Notes under the pieces: generated by a model | What the model was told of the DNA's origin: nothing | The model's database searches: none | The model's input: the letters and a program-made list of their open reading frames with translations, nothing else | Position numbers and translations under genes: made by a program | In this document: one piece after another, positions 22,137-34,289 of the stretch | Numbering within the stretch: position 1 is the stretch's first letter | Layout of the letters: each line of letters begins with the position of its first letter | DNA from: Mayamaea pseudoterrestris | Lineage: Eukaryota | Length of the DNA stretch: 64,000 nucleotides | Reading direction: 5' to 3' | Assembly (NCBI GenBank): GCA_027923505.1 | Contig: BROI01000022.1 | Coordinates: forward strand, 248,001 to 312,000

Positions 22137-25100
22137 ATGAGGAAACATCATTCTCTGCTCTTGGCGAGTCTTTTCGTCGGACAAGCCATTGGCTTTCGTT
22201 CTTTTGCTGCATTTCCATCCAAAACCACGACAAATCGCCCAACGTTTCAACCAAAAATCAGATTAACTCAACTGCAGTTATCACTAGAAGATAGCTGGGA
22301 GGAAGCTCTCAAGTATATACCAACTGATTCCGTCAATTTGGAGTCCATTTCGCGACGACTCGCCGACACGAGATGGACGACACTCTTTAGCCGCGAATGG
22401 TTCTCTGATGTCTCACTCGCCGCCAAGGAAATGCAGGAACTCTACCTGCTGCTTCCACTCTGGGCAGAAGCTGGAATCATTGCTGCTCCTGTGCTAGCAG
22501 CAATCGGTGCGACACTGTACAAGCTTTCCTTTCCACACGACGACTATCGCAAAAACATGGAACCGTATCCACGAGGAGACTACGACCCAGTTGCAGCCCG
22601 AGCATACTACGCAAGATATCCCAAACTGGTTGCTCAACGTTGCTTGCAGCTATTTCGACTGGCAAACAAATTTATATTTAATATTTTACTGGACAAGTAC
22701 ATTTTGAAGCGCGAAGAAGCCATGATTTTGGTCCGGGCGAATGAATTGCTGGAGCTCATTACGCAGCTCGGACCGACGGCTATCAAAGTTGGGCAAGCTC
22801 TTTCGGTTCGTCCGGACTTGATTCCATCAGAATATGCGTCGGCACTGTCGACATTGCAGGATCAAGTACCTCCGTTCGACGGCCAAGCAGCCAAAGAAAT
22901 TTTGCTTCGCGAACTCGGATCAACTGCGTACGCTCAACTTAAGGGGCTAGGACTGGATGGTGGCGGCGGCAAGTCTAGCAAGGGGCCCATTGCATCCGCG
23001 TCAATCGGGCAAGTGTACAAGGCCAGCTTGGATGGCAAACATGTTGCCGTCAAGGTGCAACGACCAAACGTTTTGGCGGAGATTGCACTTGACTTGTATA
23101 TTGTTCGCGAGATTGGTGCGCCTCTCTATCAAATGTTTACCAATACGGCTTCTGATCTGCAGGGATTGGCGAATGAGTGGGGGCGCGGTTTCATCGCAGA
23201 GCTTGATTATGTGCGAGAAGCAAACAATACTATTCGTTTCAACCAGGGCTTGCGTGAGCGCAATCTTCTAGCCGTCTGCGCGCCGACAGTCCTTACGAAC
23301 TACGTTACGGAGCAGGTTCTTGTCACAGAATGGGTGGATGGCGTGAGGTTGGATCAGTCAGCCGCCGAGGATATTCCAAGATTGTGCAGCGTTGCCCTGA
23401 ACGCTTACTTGGTCATGCTACTCGAGGTACGTCGCGTGCCTTATCGACAAACGGCAGACGATCCGTTTACTGACGCGGCATCAATCTCACTCACTTTTCT
23501 GTTTTCTCCCTGCAGTTAAGGAGTCTGCATTGCGACCCACATCCAGGTGGGTGACTGGTACCTTCTGACTTTTTCTTGTTCGACTAAATCAATTCTTGCT
23601 CACGACGAAGTCTTCGTTTCCAGGAAATCTGTTGCGCACAACTGATGGTCGGCTATGTATTCTTGACCATGGCATGACGCTGGATATTGACCCCAACCTC
23701 CAGTATTCTTTACTGGAGTTTGTTGCGCACTTGACATCCAACAATTATCAGCAGCTACCCGAAGATTTGGTCGCTCTCGACTTTTTAAAGGCAGATAAGC
23801 TAGACTTTATTCGCCGTAGTGGCGCCTTGGAACCGTTCAAATATGTGTTGAAACAAGCGGGCCAGGGAGGCGGTGCCAAGGGCGTGCGTGAGCGCATTTT
23901 CCAAGACTATCGCGCAAAGTATGGCATCGACGCCACCGAGGATGAGCTCCGAGTAGAAATGAGGAAGGAAATGAAGGTATGCTTGGTTTCTGGGTTTGCC
24001 TCGCAAATAGCGCCTGCATGTTATATCCCGGTCGACCGTATTCCTACCCATTTTTTCTGTTGTCTTCACAGCAACAAATGGCAGATATTGTGGAGCGAGA
24101 AAGTGTAGCGACTGGGATCACATTGGAAGTGGAAGAGCTTCAAAGGCGGAATCAAGATGCGTTTAGAATTCCTGAGTGGTTTCTATACACGTAAGTGGGT
24201 AATACACGCTGCTTTATTTCGGCAGGAGTTGCGTCGCTCTATTCACATTCTCAATCAATTTTACTCAAAACTCAGATCACAAGCATTTCTCACGCTTGAA
24301 GGAGTGAGCTTGCAAGCAGATCCAAACTACAGCATCATTAAGAGTTGCTTCCCCTACATTGCCAAGCGGCTCGTCGGCGACAATGATCCTAGGGCCCGCA
24401 AAGCTCTCCGCGAGTTGCTGTATGGAGCTACGAATGCATTGGACATAAATCGCCTCACAGATCTTGCAGATGGCTTTTCGTCGTATACAACCACAACCAA
24501 AACCATCAACGAGCAAGCAGGTACAAAGCTTGATGAAATCAAATCGACGAGTGGCGAAATCGAGATGATATCAAAGGACCGCCAGCGGAAGACAAAGATG
24601 TTGGAAGCCGAAGCAGCTATTACGCTTGCCAAGGACACAGCCGATATTTTGCTAAAGCCCAATGACAATCTCATTCAAAGCGTGCTTATTGAGGAAGGTG
24701 TCTTGGCTGCGTCTGCCAATGTGAAAGATTCTATTCGACGGACCATGGTCACTGGCCCACGCAACCTTCGTGACTCGCTGCCTATGAATATTGGTTCCAT
24801 GCTTCCTCCACTACCGTTTGAGTTGCAGTTAGATCCATTTCTTGTCAAGACTGCACAAGAAGTGAAGGCTCAAGCGCTGACGGAAAGGCTTATGACTGTT
24901 ACAAGTCGACAGCTTCCAAATGCGGATCCAGAGTCGGCGGAAAACGCTCGCAAGGCCCTGCTAGACAGTTTGAAAAACCTTGACGCTGAACAGGCCGCGC
25001 TAATCTTGAAGGAAATTCGCGAAAATGTCCCTAAATTTTATCCCCTCTTCGGTCTGGTTGGAAGCAAGTTTGCTGCAAAGATGCTTCAAACTTTCAGCCA

Positions 25101-25221
25101 TAATATTGACACTACTTTGGATGAGCTTGCTCATTCCAATGCAAAACCCAATCGGTTATTATCAGCCGCTGCTAAACAACTCTCTGTGGTGGCACAAAGT
25201 GGAGCATCAACACTATCATAA
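22137..25221 (+). CDS. ABC1/UbiB atypical protein kinase, plastid-targeted; exons 22137-23426, 23516-23546, 23624-23976, 24072-24190, 24276-25221
   Basis: LGPTAIKVGQ, LQDQVPPF, ASASIGQVY, VAVKVQRP, ELDY, EWVDG, spliced LHCDPHPGN, LDHG; four GT-AG introns keep the frame; signal peptide + GFRSF leader. Confidence 0.93.
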
Positions 25222-25478
25222 TATGCTGCAAGTTTTGTTTTTAAAAAATGGACGAGCTTAATCATCATGTCTGTACTTTGTAAGATAGGTTGCCAGAGCT
25301 ACTGACGGTACCTGTCATCTAGAATGCCAGATCAGGCTTGGTAAGATGTCAATTCTGCAGCATCCTTTTGTAGTGAGTCATCATTAGGGAGCCAAAGAAG
25401 GATCTCCATGACAATTGTAAATTTAAGCGGAATGCATCATGCTATACCTAGTCACACAACGTAAGGAACATGGGTAAG

Positions 25479-28400
25479 CATGGAAATGGTCTGCAGGCTG
25501 GGTGTGGCCAACACCCCAAATTATGGAATCATACCACTACAATGCCCCGTGCCCTGGCCACCCAACAACCCAATGAGTCAGGCAAAACATGTCCAGGGTG
25601 TGCCATTGACATGAGGATGGTCTGAAATGGTGCACAACAGACTGCCGAAAGGCCTACACCATGGAATGGTCTGCAGGCTGGGGGTGGCCAACACCCCAAA
25701 TTATGGAATCATACCACTACAATGCCCCGTGCCCTGGCCACCCAACAACCCAATGAGTCAGGCAAAACATGTCCAGGGTGTGCCATTGACATGAGGATGG
25801 TCTGAAATGGTGCAAAACGGACTGCCTGGAGGCCTACACCATGGAATGGTCTGCAGGCTGGGTGTGGCCAACACCCCAAATTATGGAATCATACCACTAC
25901 AATGCTCTGTGCCCTGGCCACCCAACAACCCAATGAGTCAGGCAAAAGATGTCCAGGGTGTGCCATTGTCATGAGGATGGTCTGAAATGGTGCAAAATGG
26001 ACTGCCTGGATGCCTACACCATGGGTACGGCCTCCACGGTGGGTATGGCCAACACCACAAGTTGCAGATTCTCCCCTGTCAAACGCCCCATGCCCTGACC
26101 ACCCAGATACCCAATGAGTCAGGCAAAACATGTCCAGGGTATGCCATTGACAGGTGAAGAAACTCAAATGGTGCAAAAAGGACTGCCTGGAGGCTGACAC
26201 CATGGGTACGGCCTCCACTGTGGGTATGGCCAACACCACAAGTTGCAGATTCTTCCCTGTCAAACGCCCCATGCCCTGGCCACCCAAAAACCCAATGAGT
26301 CAGGCAAAACATGTCCAGGGTATGCCATTGACAGGTGCAGAGTCTCAAATGGTGCAAAACGGACTGCCTGGAGGCTGACACCATGGGTACGGCCTCCACT
26401 GTGGGTATGGCCAACACCACAAGTTGTCGATTCTGACCTGTCAAACGCCCCATGCCCTGGCCACCCAAATACCCAATGTGTCAGGCAAAACATGTCCAGG
26501 GTATGCCATTGACAGGTGCAGAGTCTCAAATGGTGCAAAAAGGACTGCCTGGAGGCTGAAAACATGGGTACGGCCCTCCACTGTGGGTATGGCCAACACC
26601 ACAAGTTGTCGATTCTGACCTGTCAAACGCCCCATGCCCTGGCCACCCAAATATCCAATGAGTCAGGCAAAACTTGTCCAGGGTATGCCATTGACAGGTG
26701 CAGAGTCTCAAATGGTGCAAAAAGGACTGCCTGGAGGCTGACACCATGGGTACGGCCTCCACTGTGGGTATGGCCAACACCACAAGTTGCAGATTCTTCC
26801 CTGTCAAACGCTCATGCCCTGGCCACCCAAATACCCAATGAGTCAGGCAAAACATGTCCAGGGTATGCCATTGACAGGTGCAGAGTCTCAAATGGTGCAA
26901 AAAGGACTGCCGGGAGGCTGACACAATGGGTACGGCCTCCACTGTGGGTATGGCCAACACCACAAGTTGTCGATTCTTACCTGTCAAACGCCCCATGCCC
27001 TGGCCACCCAAATACCCAATAACGCAGGCCAAACGTGTCCAGGTTATGTCATTGACAGGTGCAGAGTCTCAAATGGTGCAAAAAGGACTGCCTGGAGGCT
27101 GACACCATGGGTACGGCCTCCACTGTGGGTATGGGCAACACCACAAGTTGCAGATTCTTCCCTGTCCAACGCCCCATGCCCTGGCCACCCAAATACCCAA
27201 TGAGTCAGGCAAAACATGTCCAGGGTATGCCATTGACAGGTGCAGAGTCTCAAATGGTGCAAAAAGGACTGCCTGGAGGCTGACACCATGGGTACGGCCT
27301 CCACTGTGGGTATGGCCAACACCACAAGTTGTCGATTCTGACCTGTCAAACGCCCCATGCCCTGGCCACCCAAATACCCAATGTGTCAGGCAAAACATGT
27401 CCAGGGTATGCCATTGACAGGTGCAGAGTCTCAAATGGTGCAAAAAGGACTGCCTGGAGGCTGAAAACATGGGTACGGCCTCCACTGTGGGTATGGCCAA
27501 CACCACAAGTTGTCGATTCTGACCTGTCAAACGCCCCATGCCCTGGCCACCCAAATACCCAATGAGTCAGGCAAAACTTGTCCAGGGTATGCCATTGACA
27601 GGTGCAGAGTCTCAAATGGTGCAAAAAGGACTGCCTGGAGGCTGACACCATGGGTACGGCCTCCACTGTGGGTATGGCCAACACCACAAGTTGCAGATTC
27701 TTCCCTGTCAAACGTCCCATGCCCTGGCCACCCAAATATCCCATGAGTCAGGCAAAACTTGTCCAGGGTATGCCATTGACAGGTGCATAGTCTCAAATGG
27801 TGCAAAAAGGACTGCCGGGAGGCTGACACAATGGGTACGGCCTCCACTGTGGGTATGGCCAACACCACAAGTTGTCGATTCTGACCTGTCAAACGCCCCA
27901 TGCCCTGGCCACCCAAATACCCAATAATGCAGGCCAAACATGTCCAGGGTATGCCATTGACAGGTGCAGAGTCTCAAATGGTGCAAAAAGGACTGCCTGG
28001 AGGCTGACACCATGGGTACGGCCTCCACAGTGGGTATGGCCAACACCACAAGTTGTCGATTCTGACCTGTCAAACGCCCCATGCCCTGGCCACCCAAATA
28101 CCCAATGAGTCAGGCAAAACATGTCCAGGGTATGCCATTGACAGGTGCAGAGTCTCAAATGGTGCAAAAAGGACTGCCTGGAGGCTGACACCATGGGTAC
28201 GGCCTCCACTGTGGGTATGGCCAACACCACAAGTTGCAGATTCTTCCCTGTCAAACGCCCCATGCCCTGGCCACCCAAATACCCAATGTGTCAGGCAAAA
28301 CATGTCCAGGGTATGCCATTGACAGGTGCAGAGTCTCAAATGGTGCAAAAAGGACTGCCTGGAGGCTGACACCATGGGTACGGCCTCCACGGTGGGTATG

Positions 28401-31400
28401 GCCAACACCACAAGTTGCAGATTCTTCCCTGTCAAACGCCCCATGCCCTGGCCACCCAAATATCCAATGAGTCAGGCCAAACATGTCCAGGGTATGCCAT
28501 TGACAGGTGCAGAGTCTCAAATGGTGCAAAAAGGACTGCCTGGAGGCTGACACCATGGGTACGGCCTCCACGGTGGGTATGGCCAACACCACAAGTTGTC
28601 GATTCTGACCTGTCAAACGCCCCATGCCCTGGCCACCCAAATACCCAATGAGTCAGGCCAAACATGTCCAGGGTATGCCATTGACAGGTGCAGAGTCTCA
28701 AATGGTGCAAAAAGGACTGCCTGGAGGCTGACACCATGGGTACGGCTTCCACGGTGGCCGTCCAACACCACAAGTTGTCGATTCTGACCTGTCAAACGCC
28801 CCATGCCCTGGCCACCCAAATACCCAATGAGTCAGGCCAAACATGTCCAGGGTATGGCATTGACAGGTGCAGAGTGCAAAAAGGACTGCCTGGAGGCTGA
28901 CACCATGGGTACGGCCTCCACGGTGGGTATGGCCAACACCACAAGTTGTCAATTCTGACCTGTCAAACGCCCCATGCCCTGGCCACCCAAATACCCGATG
29001 AGTCAGGCAAAACATGTCCAGGGTATGCCATTGACAGGTGCAGAGTCTCAAATGGTGCAAAAAGGACTGCCTGGAGGCTGACACCATGGGTACGGCCGTG
29101 GTCGTGCCTTTAACGGGTATGTGGGCCCAACACCACAAGTTGTCGATTCTGACCTGTCAAACGCCCCATGCCCTGGCCACCCAAATACCCAATGAGTCAG
29201 GCCAAACATGTCCAGGGTATGCCATTGACAGGTGCAGAGTCTCAAATGGTGCAAAAAGGACTGCCTGGAGGCTGAAAACATGGGTACGGCCTCCACGGTG
29301 GGTATGGCCAACACCACAAGTTGTCAATTCTGACCTGTCAAACGCCCCATGCCCTGGCCACCCAAATACCTGATGTGTCAGGCAAAACATGTCCAGGGTA
29401 TGCCATTGACAGGTGCAGAGTCTCAAATGGTGCAAAAAGGACTGTCTGGAGGCTGACACCATGGGTATGGCCTCCATGGTGGGTATGGCCAACACCACAA
29501 GTTGTCAATTCTGACCTGTCAAACGCCCCATGCCCTGGCCACCCAAATACCCAATGAGTCAGGCCAAACATGTCAAGGGTTAGTTATTGACAGGTGCAGA
29601 GTGCAAAAAGGACTGCCTGGAGGCTGACACCTTGGGTTCGGCCTCCACGGTGGGTATGGCCAACACCACAAGTTGTCAATTCTGACCTGTCAAACGCCCC
29701 ATGCCCTGGCCACCCAAATACCCGATGTGTCAGGCAAAACATGTCCAGGGTATGCCATTGACAGGTGCAGAGTCTCAAATGGTGCAAAAAGGACTGTCTG
29801 GAGGCTGACACCATGGGTATGGCCTCCACGGTGGGTATGGCCAACACCACAAGTTGTCAATTCTGACCTGTCAAACGCCCCATGCTCTGGCCACCCAAAT
29901 ACCCAATGAGCGGGTATGCCATTGACAGGTGCAGAGTCTCAAATGGTGCAAAAAGGACTGCCTGGAGGCTGACACCATGGGTATGGCCTCCACGGTGGGT
30001 ATGGCCAACACCACAAGTTGCAGATTCTGAACCTGTCAAACGCCCCATGCCCTGGCCACCCAAATACCCAATGAGTCAGGCCAAACATGTCCAGGGTATG
30101 CCATTGACAGGTGCAGAGTCTCAAATGGTGCAAAAAGGACTGCCTGGAGGCTGAAAACATGGGTACGGCCTCCACGGTGGGTATGGCCAACACCACAAGT
30201 TGTCAATTCTGACCTGTCAAACGCCCCATGCCCTGGCCACCCAAATACCCAGGCAAAACATGTCCAGGGTATGCCATTGACAGGTGCAGAGTCTCAAATG
30301 GTGCAAAAAGGACTGCCTGGAGGCTGACACCATGGGTAGGCGTCTGGATGGCCAACACCACAGGCAATTCTGACCTGTCAAACGCCCCATGCCCTGGCCA
30401 CCCAAATACCCAATGAGTCAGGCAAAACATGTCAGAGGGTATTTGCCATTGACAGGTTGCAGAGTCTCAAATGGTGCAAAAGGACTGTCTGGAGGCTGAC
30501 ACCATGGGTAAGGCCTCCATGGGTGGGTATGGCGCAACACCACGTTGGCTTCTTCCGGACCTGTCAAATGCCCCATGCCCTGGCCAACAAATACCCAATG
30601 AGGTCAGGCAAAACATGTCCAAGGAAGCCATTGACAGGTGCAGAGTCTCAAATGGTAAAGGACTGCTCTGGAGGCTGACACTATGGGGACGGTCCCTCCA
30701 CGGTGGGTATGGCCAACACCACAAGCTGTCGATTCTGACCTGTCAAACGCCCCATGCCCGGCCACCCAAATACCCAATGAGTCAGGCAAACATGTCCAGG
30801 GATGCCATTGACAGGTGCGTCTCAAATGGTGCAAAGGACTGCCTGAGGCTGACACTCATGGGTACGGCCTCCACGGTGGCATGGCCAACACAACATGTTG
30901 TCGATTCTGACCTGTCAAACGCCCCATGCCCTGGCCACCCAAATACCCAATGAGTCAGGCAAAACATTTCCAGGGTATGCCATTGACAGGTGCAGAGTCT
31001 CAAATGGTGCAAAAGGACTGCCTGGAGGCTGACACCATGGCATGGCAGGTGGCCAACACCACAAGTTGTCGATTCTGACCTGTCAAATGCCCCATGCCCT
31101 GGCCACCCAAATACCCAATGAGTCAGGCCAAACATGTCAAGGGTAAGCCATTGACAGGTGCAGAGTCTCAAATGGTGCGACTGCCTGGAGGCTGTGACTA
31201 CAAATGGCCTCCACGGTGGAAATGGCTAACACCACAATTTGTAGAACCTGTCAAACGCCCCATGCCCTGGCCACAAATACCCAATAATTCAGGCCAAACA
31301 TGTCCAGGTATGCCATTGACAGGCAGAGTCTCAACAAAAAGGACTGCCTGGAGCTGACACCATGGGTACGGCCTCCACGGGGTATGGCCAACACCACAAG

Positions 31401-33788
31401 TTCGCATGCCCTGGCCACCCAACACCTGATGAGTCAGGCAAAAACATGTCCATCGATGCCACTGACAGGTAAGTCTCCAAATGGTGCAAAAGGATGCCTG
31501 GAGGTGAAACGGCCTCCACGGTGGGTACATGGCCAACACCACAAGCTGTCGATTCTGACCTGTCAAACGCCCCATGCCCTGGCCCCCCAAATACCCAATG
31601 AGTCAGGCAATAACACGTCCAGGGTATGCCAATGACAGGTGCAGACAAATGGGGCAAAGGATCGGCCTAGGCTGACACACCATTGGTACGGGGCATCCAG
31701 GGGGGGGGTATGGCCAACACCACAAGTTGTCAATTCTGACCTGTCAAACGCCCCATGCCTTGGCGACCCAAATACCCAATGAGTCAACCCAAACATGTCA
31801 AGGGTATGCCTTTGACAGGTGCAGAGTCTCAAATGGTGCAAAAAGGACTGCCTGGAGGCTGACACCATGGGTACGGCCTCCACGGTGGGTATGGCCAACA
31901 CCACAAGCTGTCGATTCTTACCTGTCAAACGCCCCCATGCCCCTGACCACCCAAATACCCAATGAGTCAGGCCAACATGTCCAGGGTATGCCAGACAGGT
32001 GCAGAGTCTCAAATGGTGCAAAAAGGACTGCCTGGAGGCTGACACCATGGGTACGGCCTCCACGGTGGGTATGGCCAACACCACGCCAAATGTGATTCTG
32101 ACCTGTCAAACGCCCCATGCCCTGGCCACCCAAATACCCAATGAGTCAGGCTAAACATGTCCAGGGCTTCCACACACAGGTGCAGAGTCTCAAAATGGTG
32201 CAAAAAGGGACTGCCTGGAGGCTGACACCCATGGGACGCCCCCGGTATGGCCAAAACCACAAGTTGCCGACCTGACCTGTCAAATGCCCATCCTCACACA
32301 CCAAATACCCAATGAGTCAGGCAAAACATGTCCAGGGTATGCCATTGACAGGTGCAGAGTCTCAAATGGCAAAGGACTGCCTGGAGGCTGACACCATGGG
32401 CACGGGCCTCCACGGTGGAAATGGCCACCACAATTTGTAGATTCTGACCTGTCAAACGCCCCACATGCCCTGGCCACCCAAATACTCCACAATCAGGCCA
32501 AACATGTCCAGTGGGTATGCCATTGACAGGCAGAGTCTCAAATGGTGCAAAAGGACTGCCTAGGCTGACACCATGGGTACGGCCTCCACGGTGGGTATGG
32601 CCAACACCATGTTGTCGCCCGCCCTGGCCACCCAAAATACCTGATGAGAGTCAGGCAAAACATGTCCACTGTATGCCAGAGCTCAAATGGTGCAAAAGGA
32701 CTGCCTGAGGCTGACACACAATGCCTCCACGGTGGGTAACAGCCAACACCACAAAAATGATTCTGACCTGTCAAACGCCCCATGCCCTGGCCACCCAAAT
32801 ACCCAATGAGTCAGGACACAACACGTCCAGGGTATGCCATTGACAGGTGCAGAGTCTCAAATGGTGCAAAAAGGACTGCCTGGAGGCTGACACCATTGGT
32901 ACGGCCTCCAGGGTGGGTATGGCCAACACCACAAGTTGTCGATTCTGACCTGTCAAACGCCCCATGCCCTGGCCTGCCCAAATACCATAATGAGTCAGCC
33001 AAACATGTCGGGCGGGCATGCCATTGACAGGTGCAGACTCAAATGGTGCAAAGGACTGCCTGAGGCTGACACCATGGGTACGGTCTCCACGGTGGGTATG
33101 GCCAACACCATTAAGTTGTGACCGACTCGTCAACGCCCCCATGCCCTGACACCCAATACCCAATGAGTCAGGCCAACATGTCCAGGTAGCCATGGGAGTG
33201 CAGAGTCTCAAATGGTGAAACGGAGGCCGGGGGATGGCCACCACAAGTTGTCGATTCTGACCTGTCAAACGCCCCATGCCCTGGCCACAAATACCCAATG
33301 AGTCAGGCCAGCCATGTCCAGGTTGCCATTGACAGGTGCAGAGTCTCAAATGGTGCAAAAGGACTGCCTGGGAGGCTGACACCATGGGTACGCTCCAGGG
33401 TGGGTATGGCCAACACCACAAGTTGTCGATTCTGACCTGTCAAACGCACCATGCCCTGGCCACAAATACCAATGAGTCAGGCAAAACATGTCCAGGGTAT
33501 GCCATTGATACAGGTGCAGAGTCTCAATGGTGCAAAGGACTGTCTGGAGGCTGACACCAAGGGTACGGCACGGGTATGGCCACACCATGTTGTCACTTGC
33601 TGTCAACGACCCACATGCCCTGGCCACCAAATACCCAGAGTCAGGCAAAACATGTCCAGGGTATGCCATTGACAGGTAGAGTCTCAAAATGGTGCAAAAA
33701 GGACTGCCTGGAGGCTGACACCAAGGGTACGGCCTCCACGGTGGGTATGGCCAACACCACAAGTTGTTGATTCTGACCTGTCAAATGC
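25479..33788. repeat. Satellite 1: tandem array of ~46 x 181-bp monomers (first three are a 180-bp divergent subfamily)
   Basis: Unit CCATGGGTACGGCCTCCACTGTGGGTATGGCCAACACCACAAGTTGTCGATTCTGACCTGTCAAACGCCCCATGCCCTGGCCACCCAAATACCCAATGAGTCAGGCAAAACATGTCCAGGGTATGCCATTGACAGGTGCAGAGTCTCAAATGGTGCAAAAAGGACTGCCTGGAGGCTGACA repeated head-to-tail; noisy after ~30200. Confidence 0.99.
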
Positions 33789-34289
33789 TAATGTCTATTC
33801 CCCAAACTTATACAGTGATTTGCATGACCACCAAGTTCTTGATTGACCTTACCAAAAGCATAATGATAGGTGGAGATACTTCAAATGATAGGGATCACCA
33901 ATTCTGTGGGTGCTGCCCTCCATACGTGATACAGTCACACGGAATAAGCGTATCTACTCCTGTTTGCCAGAAACATGGAGTTGTCAACATTATGAAGTGC
34001 TATAAGTTCCTCATGTATACCTTGTCAAAAGGTGGCAATGGCTTAAAGACAATCACATCCATAGTTTGATTGGTTGGTTATAGGCATCTTGTTGTTTCTA
34101 TTTGGCCCATCTACTCACAGCTTTCCCAAAACTTAGGCTTGCCAGGTTTATTTTGGGTTTGTTGGCCTCATTGATACTTTGGCTGAAAGTGGCAATGTTT
34201 GTAATTGATGGGGATGCCCAGCGGACCTGGTGGTGTAGTGTGGCAACGTATGAGATACTCCAGCTATGTGGAAGCAAGCTTATAAATTC

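Noticed and set aside
26105..26145. Satellite 1 segment ATACCCAATGAGTCAGGCAAAACATGTCCAGGGTAT resembling a minimal hammerhead ribozyme (retrozyme/Penelope type)
   Set aside because: Core reads CCAAUGA not CUGAUGA in nearly all copies, GAAA is AAAA, stem II is negligible and stem I is out of register with the cleavage site; at most a dead relic. An Infernal hammerhead search would settle it.
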